A stretch of 64,000 nt of DNA from Acanthaster planci. Taxonomy: Eukaryota. Under the pieces are notes generated by a model. The model was not told where the DNA came from. It made no database searches and saw only the letters and a list, made by a program, of their open reading frames with translations. Shown here one piece after another: positions 48,801-60,800 of the stretch (positions are counted from its first letter, which is position 1; every line of letters begins with the position of its first letter). The stretch is taken from NCBI RefSeq assembly GCF_001949145.1, contig NW_019091357.1, positions 2,828,859 to 2,892,858 on the forward strand, read 5' to 3'. The position numbers and the translations under genes were made by a program.

Positions 48801-51800
48801 TCTACGCACGTAATGGCGACGTAGAGAGTAACAAGACGACTTTATCCCAAAGAACAAGTAATTTTCAAGAATTTTGAATAACAAAATGTCCAAGTTATAA
48901 TGAAGTAATTGTAAGCAAATTGAAAACCATCCACACTCAAGTTAGAGGGCATTCCAATGAACTGTGAAACAGGCATCCTCTATCAATATCCATGCCATGT
49001 CACATAAATGTTAGCACTTTTGAACTAAATTGTGATTTGACTTGTGACTAGTTTTAAGTGACCGGCTTTCATCTCTGCATAGTGTGTCAGAAGCCTGCTT
49101 TAAGACTGACTTCTAGGGCAATGTAGAAAACAAGCTTAAAAGAACTTTTGCTACAACTCTAGGCTTTTTTGGTTTGAAATGTTGCATGTACTTTTGTCAA
49201 AGTTACAACTGCTTTCATAATTATGGTCTGTTACAAATTTCTATGACTTAGTAAACTATTTGTCTTTGCTGTGTCTCCCTCTTCAAATAACAGACAAGTC
49301 AATGTTGTGATTTGATTTAAGTGATTTGAATCATGTTTGATTACAGAGCCCAGCGAAGTTCTGGATGCCCGCATCGAGTCAAGCAGCACAGATACTGTCA
49401 ATCTCGCTTGGACTAGACCTGAGGGCGATCTAACTGGTTACCGCATCGAGTACCAACCAGTCAGCAAGGAGGAAACCGACAGACAGGACAAACCGGCTGA
49501 CGGGCACGATGAACTGGTGGACCACCGCGATAAACCAGTTGACGACCAGGATAAACCAGTTGACGACCGGGATAAACCAGTTGACGACCAGGATAAACCA
49601 GCCAGTGGCCAAACTGCAGATAGTCAGACTGTATCCGTTGACGGCGCTGATACAACCAACTGTGAAGTAACTGGTCTGACACCCGGCCAGAGATATCTCT
49701 TCAACATCGTTACCGTCAGTGAACAAGAAGAGAGCGAGAAAGTGTCCGTCAACTGCACAACAAGTAAGTCGAGTAAGACTCAACAACAATCAGTTAACAT
49801 CGGCCAAAATGTAATGTGCGTTAATTGTGATATCTCTGCGGTCAGTGACACGAAACAGAGATGTCTTCCAAATGATATTTTTTACTGCGTACTTCAAGAC
49901 TTGATCCACTTCGATTCTCTTTCCCCTGTAGTGCCAGGAAAGGTCGTTGAGCCCCAAATTTTGACTTTGGCCGAAGCCATCACCTGCTCCTGGTCCCCAC
50001 CCGCAGGTGTGGTGACAGGCTACAGGGTGGCTTGCACACCCCTATTTGGGGGAACGGAAGAGTCCCCTGGCCATCCCGGGTGTGATACTTCCAGTGGTTA
50101 CGCGAAGACCCTGGATTCGAGCTGCAGGGAGGTTTCCGTGGAGGGGCTGGACCGAGAGAGTGAATACCAGGTGGCGATTTGGGCCCTGAGCGGCGAGTCA
50201 GAAGGGGAAGGCATCGTGCTTTTGACAAAAACGATTTCCCCAGATCGTGAGTTTGAAATTGCCACGATAGTCGCTGCCAAATATTGCACCGCTGCGCTAC
50301 TCTGGCAAATCGTTTCTCACTAGCTCCACTCTTACAATATTCTTGCTGTCATATTGACTGGCTCGAGTGGCAAAGGTCTAGCTTTAAACAGTGAAGTGTG
50401 TCATAGTAAACTTGTCTGGTTGTCTGTGTGAAGAAATAGCTACACTTCCACTGCTAGAACTGTTGTGTATTCCAGTTGATGATGCTCAAATACACCTCTG
50501 CGCCTCTGCAGTCACCCTGGCCATTACCTTGTTCAATATCTTGTCTGTATCATTGTATGTCTTTCCACAGATCCTGTGCGCATTATGAGTGCACATTGCG
50601 CCAGCCATCCCAGTTGGCTGCATGGAGTGATTATGGTTAACTCACGTCTCATTGTTAACTACTTAAAGTCCTAACCTTGATGTTAAACCCTCTCTATCAG
50701 AGCCAATCCCTGCACAAGAGGTTATTGTGGAAGCAACGGAGTCATCACTTACTGTCTCCTGGACAACACCCGAGGGCGCTCTTCACACAGCGTATAAGAT
50801 CACTTGCAGGTCCGGGGAGTCATCAGATTCTGAAGCTGTTGAGATCAGGGTCGTCGACGGTGGGAAGACCAGCGTGAGATTCTCAGGCCTGACACCCGAG
50901 ACGGCGTATGTAGCGCAGGTAGTAGCGGTGGCCGGTGCGGCGGAGAGCGAGGGTGTGGAGAAATCGGCCTCAACCACAGCAGCAGCAGCCGAGGCACAAG
51001 CGGCTGAGACAGTTCCGAGCAACGATGTGCCGTCGACCGCAAGTGAGTCATGTGTGGACTTGATGCACAGGTTGACGACTCGGCCGCACTGTTTGATGTT
51101 TTATATGCACCCTTGTAAAGAGAGAGTCATATTTGGAGATCTTTTGAAGATTTGCTGTTTTTCTTGCAGGCTCATCTACTGTGAATGAGGCTGCATTTAG
51201 TTTTTATCTGAAAACTTTTCTTTTTCCTTTTATATCTGTTTGTTTAATCCCAAAAGTCATTTCTAATCTTGAAATGTTAACTGCAGCAATGTTCCATTGC
51301 AGATACAAACATATTTAACTAATGTCAAATTTAGGGAGCAAATGGCTTTGTGCATTTCAATTATCAGCAGTCACTTTGGGCTTTAAACAGTTACAACGGT
51401 CTTCAGTACATCGCCTTTTGGAAGATTGAGGACTGTTTGGGTTAATTTATACAAAGTAGTCAGACCAAGGTGTTAAAATGGTGGTCAAAAGTTAATCTGT
51501 GGGCACAGTCACAATGTTCATTCGTTGAATTAAGTCTTCAGCAAAGTTGATGAAGACGTGAGGTCACATGCCGATAACGAAATCCTCAAGATCAGTAGAT
51601 GGAGCCAGCAACCAGCCTTTAAACTCTACGGGTTGACTGGTATAGATCTGTCAGGGTTGTCTAAAGCTACAGGTCACTAAACATATTGGATTTTGTGTGT
51701 GAAAGTGTGTGCTCATGAAGAAATTCCATCACTGACTTTGAAATGATGTTATTTGAACAAAGATGGAATAGGAATATGTAACGTATTCTTGACATAAGCA

Positions 51801-54800
51801 CTATGGCTTGAATTGTCGCTTCCGAGTGACCTATCTGTAATGGCTCTTGATGTCGCTATGTAGCTCCAGGCAAGGTACTAGACGCTGTGATTACTAGTAT
51901 GGAGGACTCTCTACGAGTCTCGTGGAGGAATCCAGAGGGTCCCGTCACTGGCTTCAAGGTGGTCTGTAAGCACGCCGACTCTGACACGGAACTTGTCAAG
52001 ATAGTGGATTCCAGTAAGACCGCTACGTCGTTTGGCGGCTTGAATGCTGGTTCAAAGTACGGGATGGAGGTTTACACTTTGAATGGGACTGTGGAGAGCG
52101 AGATGGTAGGGCTGGAAACGATGACGACGGCTGCCAGACAGGACGAGGAAGAGCAGGAAGAGGAAACTAAAGAAGAGGAAAAAGAAGCAGATGGTGTGGA
52201 AAGTGAGTCCAGCCGAAGTCCCCAGAATATGTTTTCTGTTTCTTATACAAGCATCGTTCCTCATACTTGTAGAGTCTTCATTCTTGCCGTGGGTACACTT
52301 AACGATGGCCTCCTTCTTCTTGCCATTCTTTTTCAAAATTCTTTGGCCATCTCTGAGTCGTGCGGGCAGTTTGCGATGAATCGAACAGAGTCCTTTCTTG
52401 GTTAAATTTCTTGCGTGGGGTTTTGCTTACTTTTGGCCAACTCGGTACACAATGCCAGAGTGGAAACACCACGCAGCTTGCCGCTGGATTTTTTTTTTAG
52501 TTGGTCAAGATGAATATATTGAATTGCGTCGGTTGAATACGTTGAAAAATCTGAGGTTGGAGTACCAAATGTTAAAATCAGTTTCAAATTGATTTGGGAT
52601 TTTTGCCCTGCCCGATGTGTATGTAAAACTCTGTGCTCAGTGTATGCCCCCGAAGGCTTGTGAAACAAACCACAAGCATACTCGGGCGATGTCAGGCAGA
52701 GCAAACCAGAAAATCCAAAGTTAATTTACATCTCCTGGCACAAATCCATCCTTGAAATAGTTGTTCGCGGTACCCGCTGCTACATCTGATTCGAACAAGC
52801 CAGCCGACACCAGCAAGCTCAGTAGTCAAGTGGTTGACTGCACAAGTAAGCAGGAGGTTGTGGGTTCGAGTCCCACCCGAGCACAGTTGTGTTTTTTTTC
52901 ACAAGCCCTCGGAGGCATAACACTGAGCATACAGTGTTAAAATACACGTCGGGCAGGGCAAAATCCAAAATTAATTTACGTCTCCCCAACGCAAATCCGT
53001 CCCTGAACAGTTTCAGTTGTTGGTTTTCCCTGTTTAATTTTTGTGTGAATTCACCACCATTCAACCCCACAGAGCCCAAGGCAACATTAGATGCCACTTT
53101 AGCTGAAATCACAGGCTCGGCCCTTGTTGTGTCATGGAAGAGACCAGATGGACCAATCACAGGCTTCCGATTGGAATGCAAACCAGCCCAGTCTGACCAG
53201 TCAGAGACTAGAATCCTAGATTGTGAGAAAACCACTGTCAGGTTTTCCGGCTTGGAATCGGAGACCGAGTATGCGGTGGACGTTTTCTGTCTGAACAAGT
53301 CGGTCGAAAGCAAAGTGGTCACATTGACTGGAAAGACGATATCCCCAGCTGATCCTTCGGAGGATAGTGAGTTTTACTGATGAGTGGCAAAGTGTGACTT
53401 GCACCCATTGAAGTGACAGGTTGTCTTTCACCTCGCGTGGAGTGACAGAAAAAAACCTCAGCACGTTGCAGTCTCTAATTAAAGCACCCAGCAATTCAAA
53501 TCCCATTTCAATGGTAAGAGATTGTCTCAGAAGTTCAAATACTCCCACTTTTGACTGGATACTCCAATTCCCTACACAGACATAATGGAAACACCTTGGA
53601 CCTGTTTGTTTTGCACGGATCCAGGTCGCTATCAGTGGTTCCAAAGCTGGTTTGCTCTATCCAGTTGGCGGGTTCTGGTGTCAGTGAACCAACGACAGAT
53701 CACCGATCATGATAGGTTCCGCACAAAACAAACAGCCCTCTTGTGTTCCAAGCCCACACCCATTTGCAACGGTCTCTTCCCAATCTAGAATCCTTGCCAG
53801 TTTGGGACCGCCTGTGGATTCCCATGCAGTGCTACGATGAATGTGGTACTAGATGATTGCTGTGGCTTTTTTACGGTTAAATGGAGAGAGGCATTCTTTT
53901 AGCTTCAAGAGACACAAATGTCCATTTTCAAAGTGCTTTCATCATTCAGTTATTGATTTCAACAGAGATTTAAACTGCTAACATGCATTTTCGTGCACCA
54001 GTGCCGTGATTACTCACACATTGTTGAGTCTGAGTACTAATCCAACAAGTTTCTATGCACATGCATTAAGCTTGAGAAATCCCTCTTCATGAAAATGAGT
54101 ATCTTCCACTCGCAGAGCCGCAACCTGTTCTCAATCCAAAGAGCGAGTCGTTGGAGAGTGCTTTGACCTTGTCCTGGGAGAGGCCCACAGAAGGGCCAAT
54201 AACAGGCTATCGTGTGTCCCTCCGTCCCTCATCTCGCCCCGATGATCCGGAGATCAGGATCCTGGGTGGGGAGAAGACGAGGGTCACGTTCGGCGGCCTG
54301 GAGGCAGGCACTGCTTACACTGGCCTGATTGCCACACTGAGCGGCGGCGTGCTGAGCGAGGAAGTTGCCGTCGAAGGGACGACACTGCCAGAAAGCAAGG
54401 AAGAACGTGAGTCAGGCGTCATGAGATGCGGGAACCAGAATCATTCACACGGTTTCAGACAAGCTAGGCCCTACCATTATTCCATTTTCCCTTGAATGTA
54501 GTGCATTGTCCTTAGAGTTAGTTGAGATGGAGACATAGTCGAAGTAAGTGCGGCTTCACGTTTGAGTTCTGCTTTCAGACTCTAACTCGAGTAAATTGAA
54601 TCCAAGTTTGTAGAATAATTGACTTGCATTACTGATAGGAACACGCACAGAAATTTCTGGGCCTCAAGTAGGGTCTTGTGATATGAGTTGTGTTGGCCAC
54701 AGTGAAAGTTTAACTTCAGGGTTTTATTGATGTGACAACTTCAGAAGTTGAAACAGGTGCATTTTGTTTCTCAAGTGTTCAAAATTGGTGTAAGTCTTGA

Positions 54801-57800
54801 ACTCATTGAAGGTTTTGAAACAATAGTTTTACACTAAACCGTTTGAGAAGTTAGTGACAGTAGTACAACTCGGCTGGTGATCCCCCCACAGAACCACGAC
54901 CTGTGGTTGAAGCTACCTGCGAGGCAACATCCTGCTCCCTCAAAGTTTCATGGGAGAAACCAGACGGACCCGTCACCGGCTACAAGGTCACGTTCTCCCT
55001 CAAAGACAACCGGGACGATCCCGAGGTCAGGATCCTTGCTGCTGAGAAGACCTCAGTGGAGTTTAGTTCACTGCCAGGCGGCACGGCGTACCTGGCAGGA
55101 ATTCAAACCCTTGACGGGCAGAAAGAGAGTCCGGTGGTTGAGGTGGAGGGAATGACCGATGAAGGACAGAGTGAGTCAGAAGCCATGGATGTCGTGGGTC
55201 TGCTGTACAGAGGCTAGTCGTGTGCCACGTGTTGCCGTGCTCAAGATTCAGTCCCAATTCAGTTGCACCAAACTCTCTGCTAAGATTTGCAAGTCAGCTC
55301 CAGTCTTATGAGTGCAGTGATAAATCGGTCACTTAATACAATCTGAGTGTCTTCACATCCCTCGCAATTGTACTAACTCTCCAGTTTGACATGAGCATTT
55401 GTTTGAATGATTCCAGTTGCAGGAACAAGTGATGTGCCGAAATACTTGACAAGAAATTTTGTTTCATTTTCAGGATGGGTTGTCTTCGCGGTACTGATTT
55501 CTTACTCCCAGCATTAATCGTCACTTTTCCGTCACTGTTTTGTGTCTTCTTATTCAGTTATTGCAATTTCTTGCCTCGCACAAACAAACCTTGCAGTGTT
55601 GGTCCGCTGAATGGTTACTCTACCAACCATTGACCCACTCTAGTGAAACGAGAATAAAGTTGTAAAAAATGAAGTGTAAAGCTTTTCATATCATTGGACA
55701 GAGCAGAAAGGGACCCTTCTGTTGCTGTACGACCCGAGTGTTGACTTGGCTCATTATTTTCCAAGTCTGTATAAAAAATTGGGCAGTTTTAAAGCGTTTC
55801 ATGGAACAACATCTTTAAACAGAGCAGCAAATGGTAACGGGCGACTTTATCCTCATTTCAAAGGGTCACATCACATTTATCCAGGGTTGTGTGATATTCA
55901 TGTGTCTGCAATCACATTGAAATATCCAAATCGAAAGCCATTTTCATTGTTTGACTGTGTTAAAATGATAAAGGTGGTAAAATGTAATACCTTTTAGTTT
56001 GTAAAATTGAATTTCAGTTTGCTAGGTTCCTCTCTTGTAATCTTTTACTGCGAATGTGATTTATGTGTTGTCACAGCTTTCTGCGATTGGCTTATGTCAG
56101 TTATCAGTTAATATTCAAAGTAATAACATTTGCAGAGCCGCTGCCTGTGTTGGAGCCCAAGACGAACAGCACAACAGAGAGTGTGACAGTTGGGTGGTCA
56201 GCTCCCGACTGCCAGCTCACGGGATACCGTGTGGTGTGCCGTCTTAAAAACTCTGATTCCCAGGAGGCAAAGGGAGGTGAGGAGGGTCAGTCCAACGAGA
56301 TGCCAGAGAAAACAGACCAACCCAAGGCAGAAGACCCAGCCGACAGTCCAGCCAATGAGAAACCAGAGAGAAGTAACGAACCCAAAGAGACAGAGGACCC
56401 AGCGTCCAGTGATCCCGGCAACGAGGGTTCTCCTGCTGATGAAACAGCTCCCTCTAGTGTTGAGAAATCGCCTGCCAATGCCAGTCTGTCAACAGAGGGC
56501 AGCAAGCAGGTTGTCGAGGAGAAGAAGGTTGAGGCAGATGTAAATGAGGTGGAGTTCACCGGATTAACTCAAATGACCGAGTACTCGTTTGACATCTATA
56601 CCGTCTGCAGTGATGTGGAAAGTGAAGCTGTCACAGTCGATGAAAAAACAAGTGAGTACTATTTCTGTGTATTTTAGGAGTGCACCTTTAAATGTCCACA
56701 ATGTTACTCATTATTTGTCTTAATCAAATAGACCACATTCATGGGGAATTCATGTTTTTATCTTGTTCCCTGAATTTACCACACTCAATGTAGTCTGTTA
56801 AATGGTGTGGTGCCAGACTATTTTGTGTTCCAAGGCTCCCTTTCAGGTTTTCTTTTAACCCCTTAACGCCGGGATTCTTTTGACCGGGATTCTTTTGACT
56901 GCGACTGCTGGGCTGCAGTGCAAAGCTCTGTCCAGCAGCAGGCCTACAATGAAACCGCAGCTGCATGGTGAATAGAATGCATGTGTGGTATGCACTAATC
57001 AGCACACAAAGCCGCGGCTGTCGAGTTCCCGGTGCGAAGGGGTAAATGTGGCTTAAAACATTTAGATATAATTCATTACAAATTTTAAATTTTTGTAAAC
57101 AAAACCTGGCAGGAATTTGGTTTAAAATTTTATTTTGCCACTGTTGCTTTTACTCTCTGGTTCCCAAAATGAAAAGTTTCACATCACTTTCAATTCAAGA
57201 TGGCCGACACATGCCATACCGTCTATTGTTCTGAATGTTATGTAAAAGATCTTCCTGTTTTCTTTTTCAGAGAGAGTCAAGCTTCCTACACGTGAGTACA
57301 TAATTAATCTCAAATTTACAAATTCCTTTGAAAGCCTAGTCAAACTGAGACCAGCTGAGTTTTCTCAGTCAGAAAGGGAATTCTTACCGAGGAATATGTG
57401 GTGTAATGAAATGGATACATTCTCATTATAAACAGAGTTTAAACTTCTGCTCCAAAGGCAAAGCTGCCATAAACAGAGGACTTTGTAACCTCCCCATCAC
57501 AAGTTAGGGGGGGAAACAAGGATTCTTGTTAGTTAAATTTTCTAAAAGATTTTTCAGGAAAAAGTTTTGAAGGAAAAGCATTACCTACAGGGAATGACAC
57601 ATACATCAGAAGGGTTTCCCATATGGTAGCTAACTCTATAGGCAGAAGTAAGGTGGAAACCTCCAAGATGAGTTTTGGAGAGTGGCATAGGAGGATTTTG
57701 GTTAGCTGGCGTGACGATTTGATTGGTTGCAGAGGGTGAATGGAAGCTGTGGATATCCACCGACGAAGACTCCAAGCCACCTCACAACGCTCGTGCTCAC

Positions 57801-60800
57801 ATCGTCGTCTACGGCGAGAAGGGCATGTCACCTCCTATAATGCTGACTGAGGAAGAGGAACATGCGTACTTCCAGGCCGGAAACACGGATGAATTCAAGG
57901 TGGAGCTTTTACTTAGAGGATGACATTGATTTCACATTCTCAGACTGTTTGCTTTTCTTTCAGTTTTTGCCATTAAGGGTTGCTGAATAAGATGTGACGA
58001 ATTAGGATATTTGAAAAGAAAACATTGAGGTTACTATACCAAGAGCCCACCCAAAAGAATCATGCAGCATCACCAACTCATTCACAGTTCAAAATTTCAA
58101 ATGGATTTTTGTCCCCTTTGTAAGCACGTGCATCTTTGAAGACATGTTAAAAGAAGTGCTCTCGGCCTGTTGCCGTGACGATTTCGTTTGAAGATACAGA
58201 TGGAACTAATCATTGCTGAAACTTACCGTCGCTGACTCATTTTGAAACATGAAAGTTAAGCTCGAGTGTAACGACTCATTTTGCTGCAGATCAGTGTTGG
58301 TGACATAGGAGACATCTACAAGATTCGCATTGGTCACGATGACGACACCGAATGGCAGGGTTGGCACCTGAAGCAGGTACATGTACATGCATGCGCGACA
58401 GGCCTCAGGAATGGTCCCAGACTTGACCAACTTCTTTAAAACTTCACTGTGGCTCTAACTGCTGCTGTGAAAATCCCACCTTAACCCTCGAAAATCCTTT
58501 TCTGCAAAGTGGAGGAATTTGGAGGATTCAGGGAGTATGGCAAAAGTGCATTGCTGATTTTGAAGAATGCCATACGCGAAGGTCGTGGATTAGACCTTAT
58601 GTTGTTTGTGCTCAGTCAAACACAAATTCAGCCCGATATTTCTTTTGAATCAACTGCACAGCTCAAGAGTGCCATTCGCACTGCCTCAACATAATGATAG
58701 GAATTGCTGGAGGATTTTGAAGGATTCGGGCAGTTAGGCACACCTCCAAATGACACTTTCATGAAATTTTGGAGGATTTGGGCTGAATGCAATTTTGAAA
58801 ATCGTAGGATTTCGGAGGATTCAGGATGGTTCCTAGTAAAAGGGCCTAGGGAGTTGGGGTTTTAATGATGCAGTCTTGGAAAGAGATGAGTGTATTTTCT
58901 CAAGGTGAAGGGTTTTCTGTACAGATTGCATCATAGAGAATTTGTTTTGTTTTTCTCACACAACTAGGTGAAGATGGTGGACCAGCATTCGGAGGAGGAG
59001 TTGGTGTTTGAGTTTGACCGCTGGATGTCACGGCAGGAGGACGACTTTGACGTCGTGCGCGAGCTGCCGGCTGTCCGGGAGGGTCAGGAGACACTGTCAG
59101 GTAACCGTGGCAACATACTGTGAAGGCATCGCAGTCAAAAGAAATTCACGTTCTTTGAATCATGCGCACAGTTGAGCAATTAATGTCCAGTTTGACACAA
59201 GTGATGTGTCCTTGCTCAGCTCCCATGGGTTGACTACGCAGCACCCTCTGTTGTTCATGCATACGCTCAATAGCATCTTCTTGCGTTGTATCTCGTCTAA
59301 TTGGTTTTTGTTTCTTGCAATAATTTTTTGGTTGGTTTCTAGTCAATGTCTACCGCGTCTGTGTATCCACTGGGGATCACTGGGCAGCCTTCACGGATGC
59401 TAAGATGTGGGTTGTTCTTCACGGTGAGCGCGGCGACACAGGCAAGAGAGTCCTGTACCAGTCGCTGAATAATCCTGTCAAATACATGAAAGGACAGGTA
59501 AGTCAACCTGACCCACTACACACCTGATAAGCACATTAGCTTTTTCAGTGGCGGAAGTATGCTGTAGTTAATAGACCCTTGTCCAAGGGTCAGGTGGTAA
59601 CAAACGATCAGAAGTTCACGTAAGTCCAACATTGGCAAATATTGTCACATTGGCAAATATTGTCACATTGGCAAATGTTGTCACATTGGCAAATATTGTC
59701 ACATTGGCAAATATTGTCACATTGGCAAATATTGTCACATTGGCAAATTTCTGACAGACAAGCGAATTGACCGTTCTGGTGATTTGCCGATTTTTATCTC
59801 ACAAAATGAAGTATAGGTTTGACAGCAGTGTTGCTCATGGAGCCCAAAATACAAATCAAGAAATGATTTCAAAGACCAAACGTGTATCTTTTATACACAG
59901 AGATCAAAAGTGGTTTGAATTAAATAAAGAAAACAAGCACGCAATAACTGCTTAACTGGAAACATGTTTTTCTCAAAAACAGTGGAATTTCATATTTTGT
60001 CAGTTTGTCAGGCATGCAACGATATGCTGTCCATGTGTTGACTGATGTCAGACCATGCTCCTACCCAGACTTGGCCATTTTGTCTCTGGCATGTATTTCC
60101 TACGATGGATGGGTCCTAGATCCATGCCCCGTTCTCAGCAGTGAATCTGGGCATTTACAATGTAAATGAGAAAAACGATTCACAGCCGGAGTAACTATAA
60201 ACTGATGGAATGAGCTGCAGAATTGAAACTACGGCAGAAACAGAGACTGGAAATTCATGCGTGCCGTTTTTGCACCTCCCAAGGGAGTTACCCATTCTCC
60301 TGTTTTACTATTCTCCATGAAATTCGTTGCGGTGGGACATCGCTGCAGTGTTTCAGTCGAAACCATCATAAGACCAGACACAAGACCAGTCACAAGACCA
60401 GACACAAGACCAGTCACAAGTATCAGCGTGAACAATGACAAAGGAATGCCTTTGTTGCAGTTCATTTGAATAGCTTGTGACTTGAATTCAGACGGGAGGT
60501 CTCGTGCTGATCTGGTGCTGGTCTGGTGTGGTCTTGTGAAGGTCTTAAGTGGTCTCAACTACAACACTGCATTGCTGTTTACACGGCAGTTTTGGAATAG
60601 CCCGCAAAGTCTCTTGATCTCAGGCGCCCGAAACGATAAACACAAGTTGCCAGAGGCATCACTGTTTGCATGCTGTTGTTTTGTCAGATGGATGAATTCA
60701 AGGTGGAGGCAGTGTCATTGGGCGAGGTGTCTATGGTGGAAATCGGACATGACGGCGTGGGCTATGGTACAACATTTCATTTCTTGAGAAGTAGTTAACC

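Noticed and set aside
3158..56559. Minus-strand ORFs overlapping exons (e.g. 3226-3573, 36394-36771, 45249-45683)
   Set aside because: Antisense shadows of the + strand coding exons; no recognisable domains or coherent splice chain.
59101..59114. X-box-like GTAACCGTGGCAAC
   Set aside because: It coincides with a splice donor deep in the gene and has no other promoter evidence.
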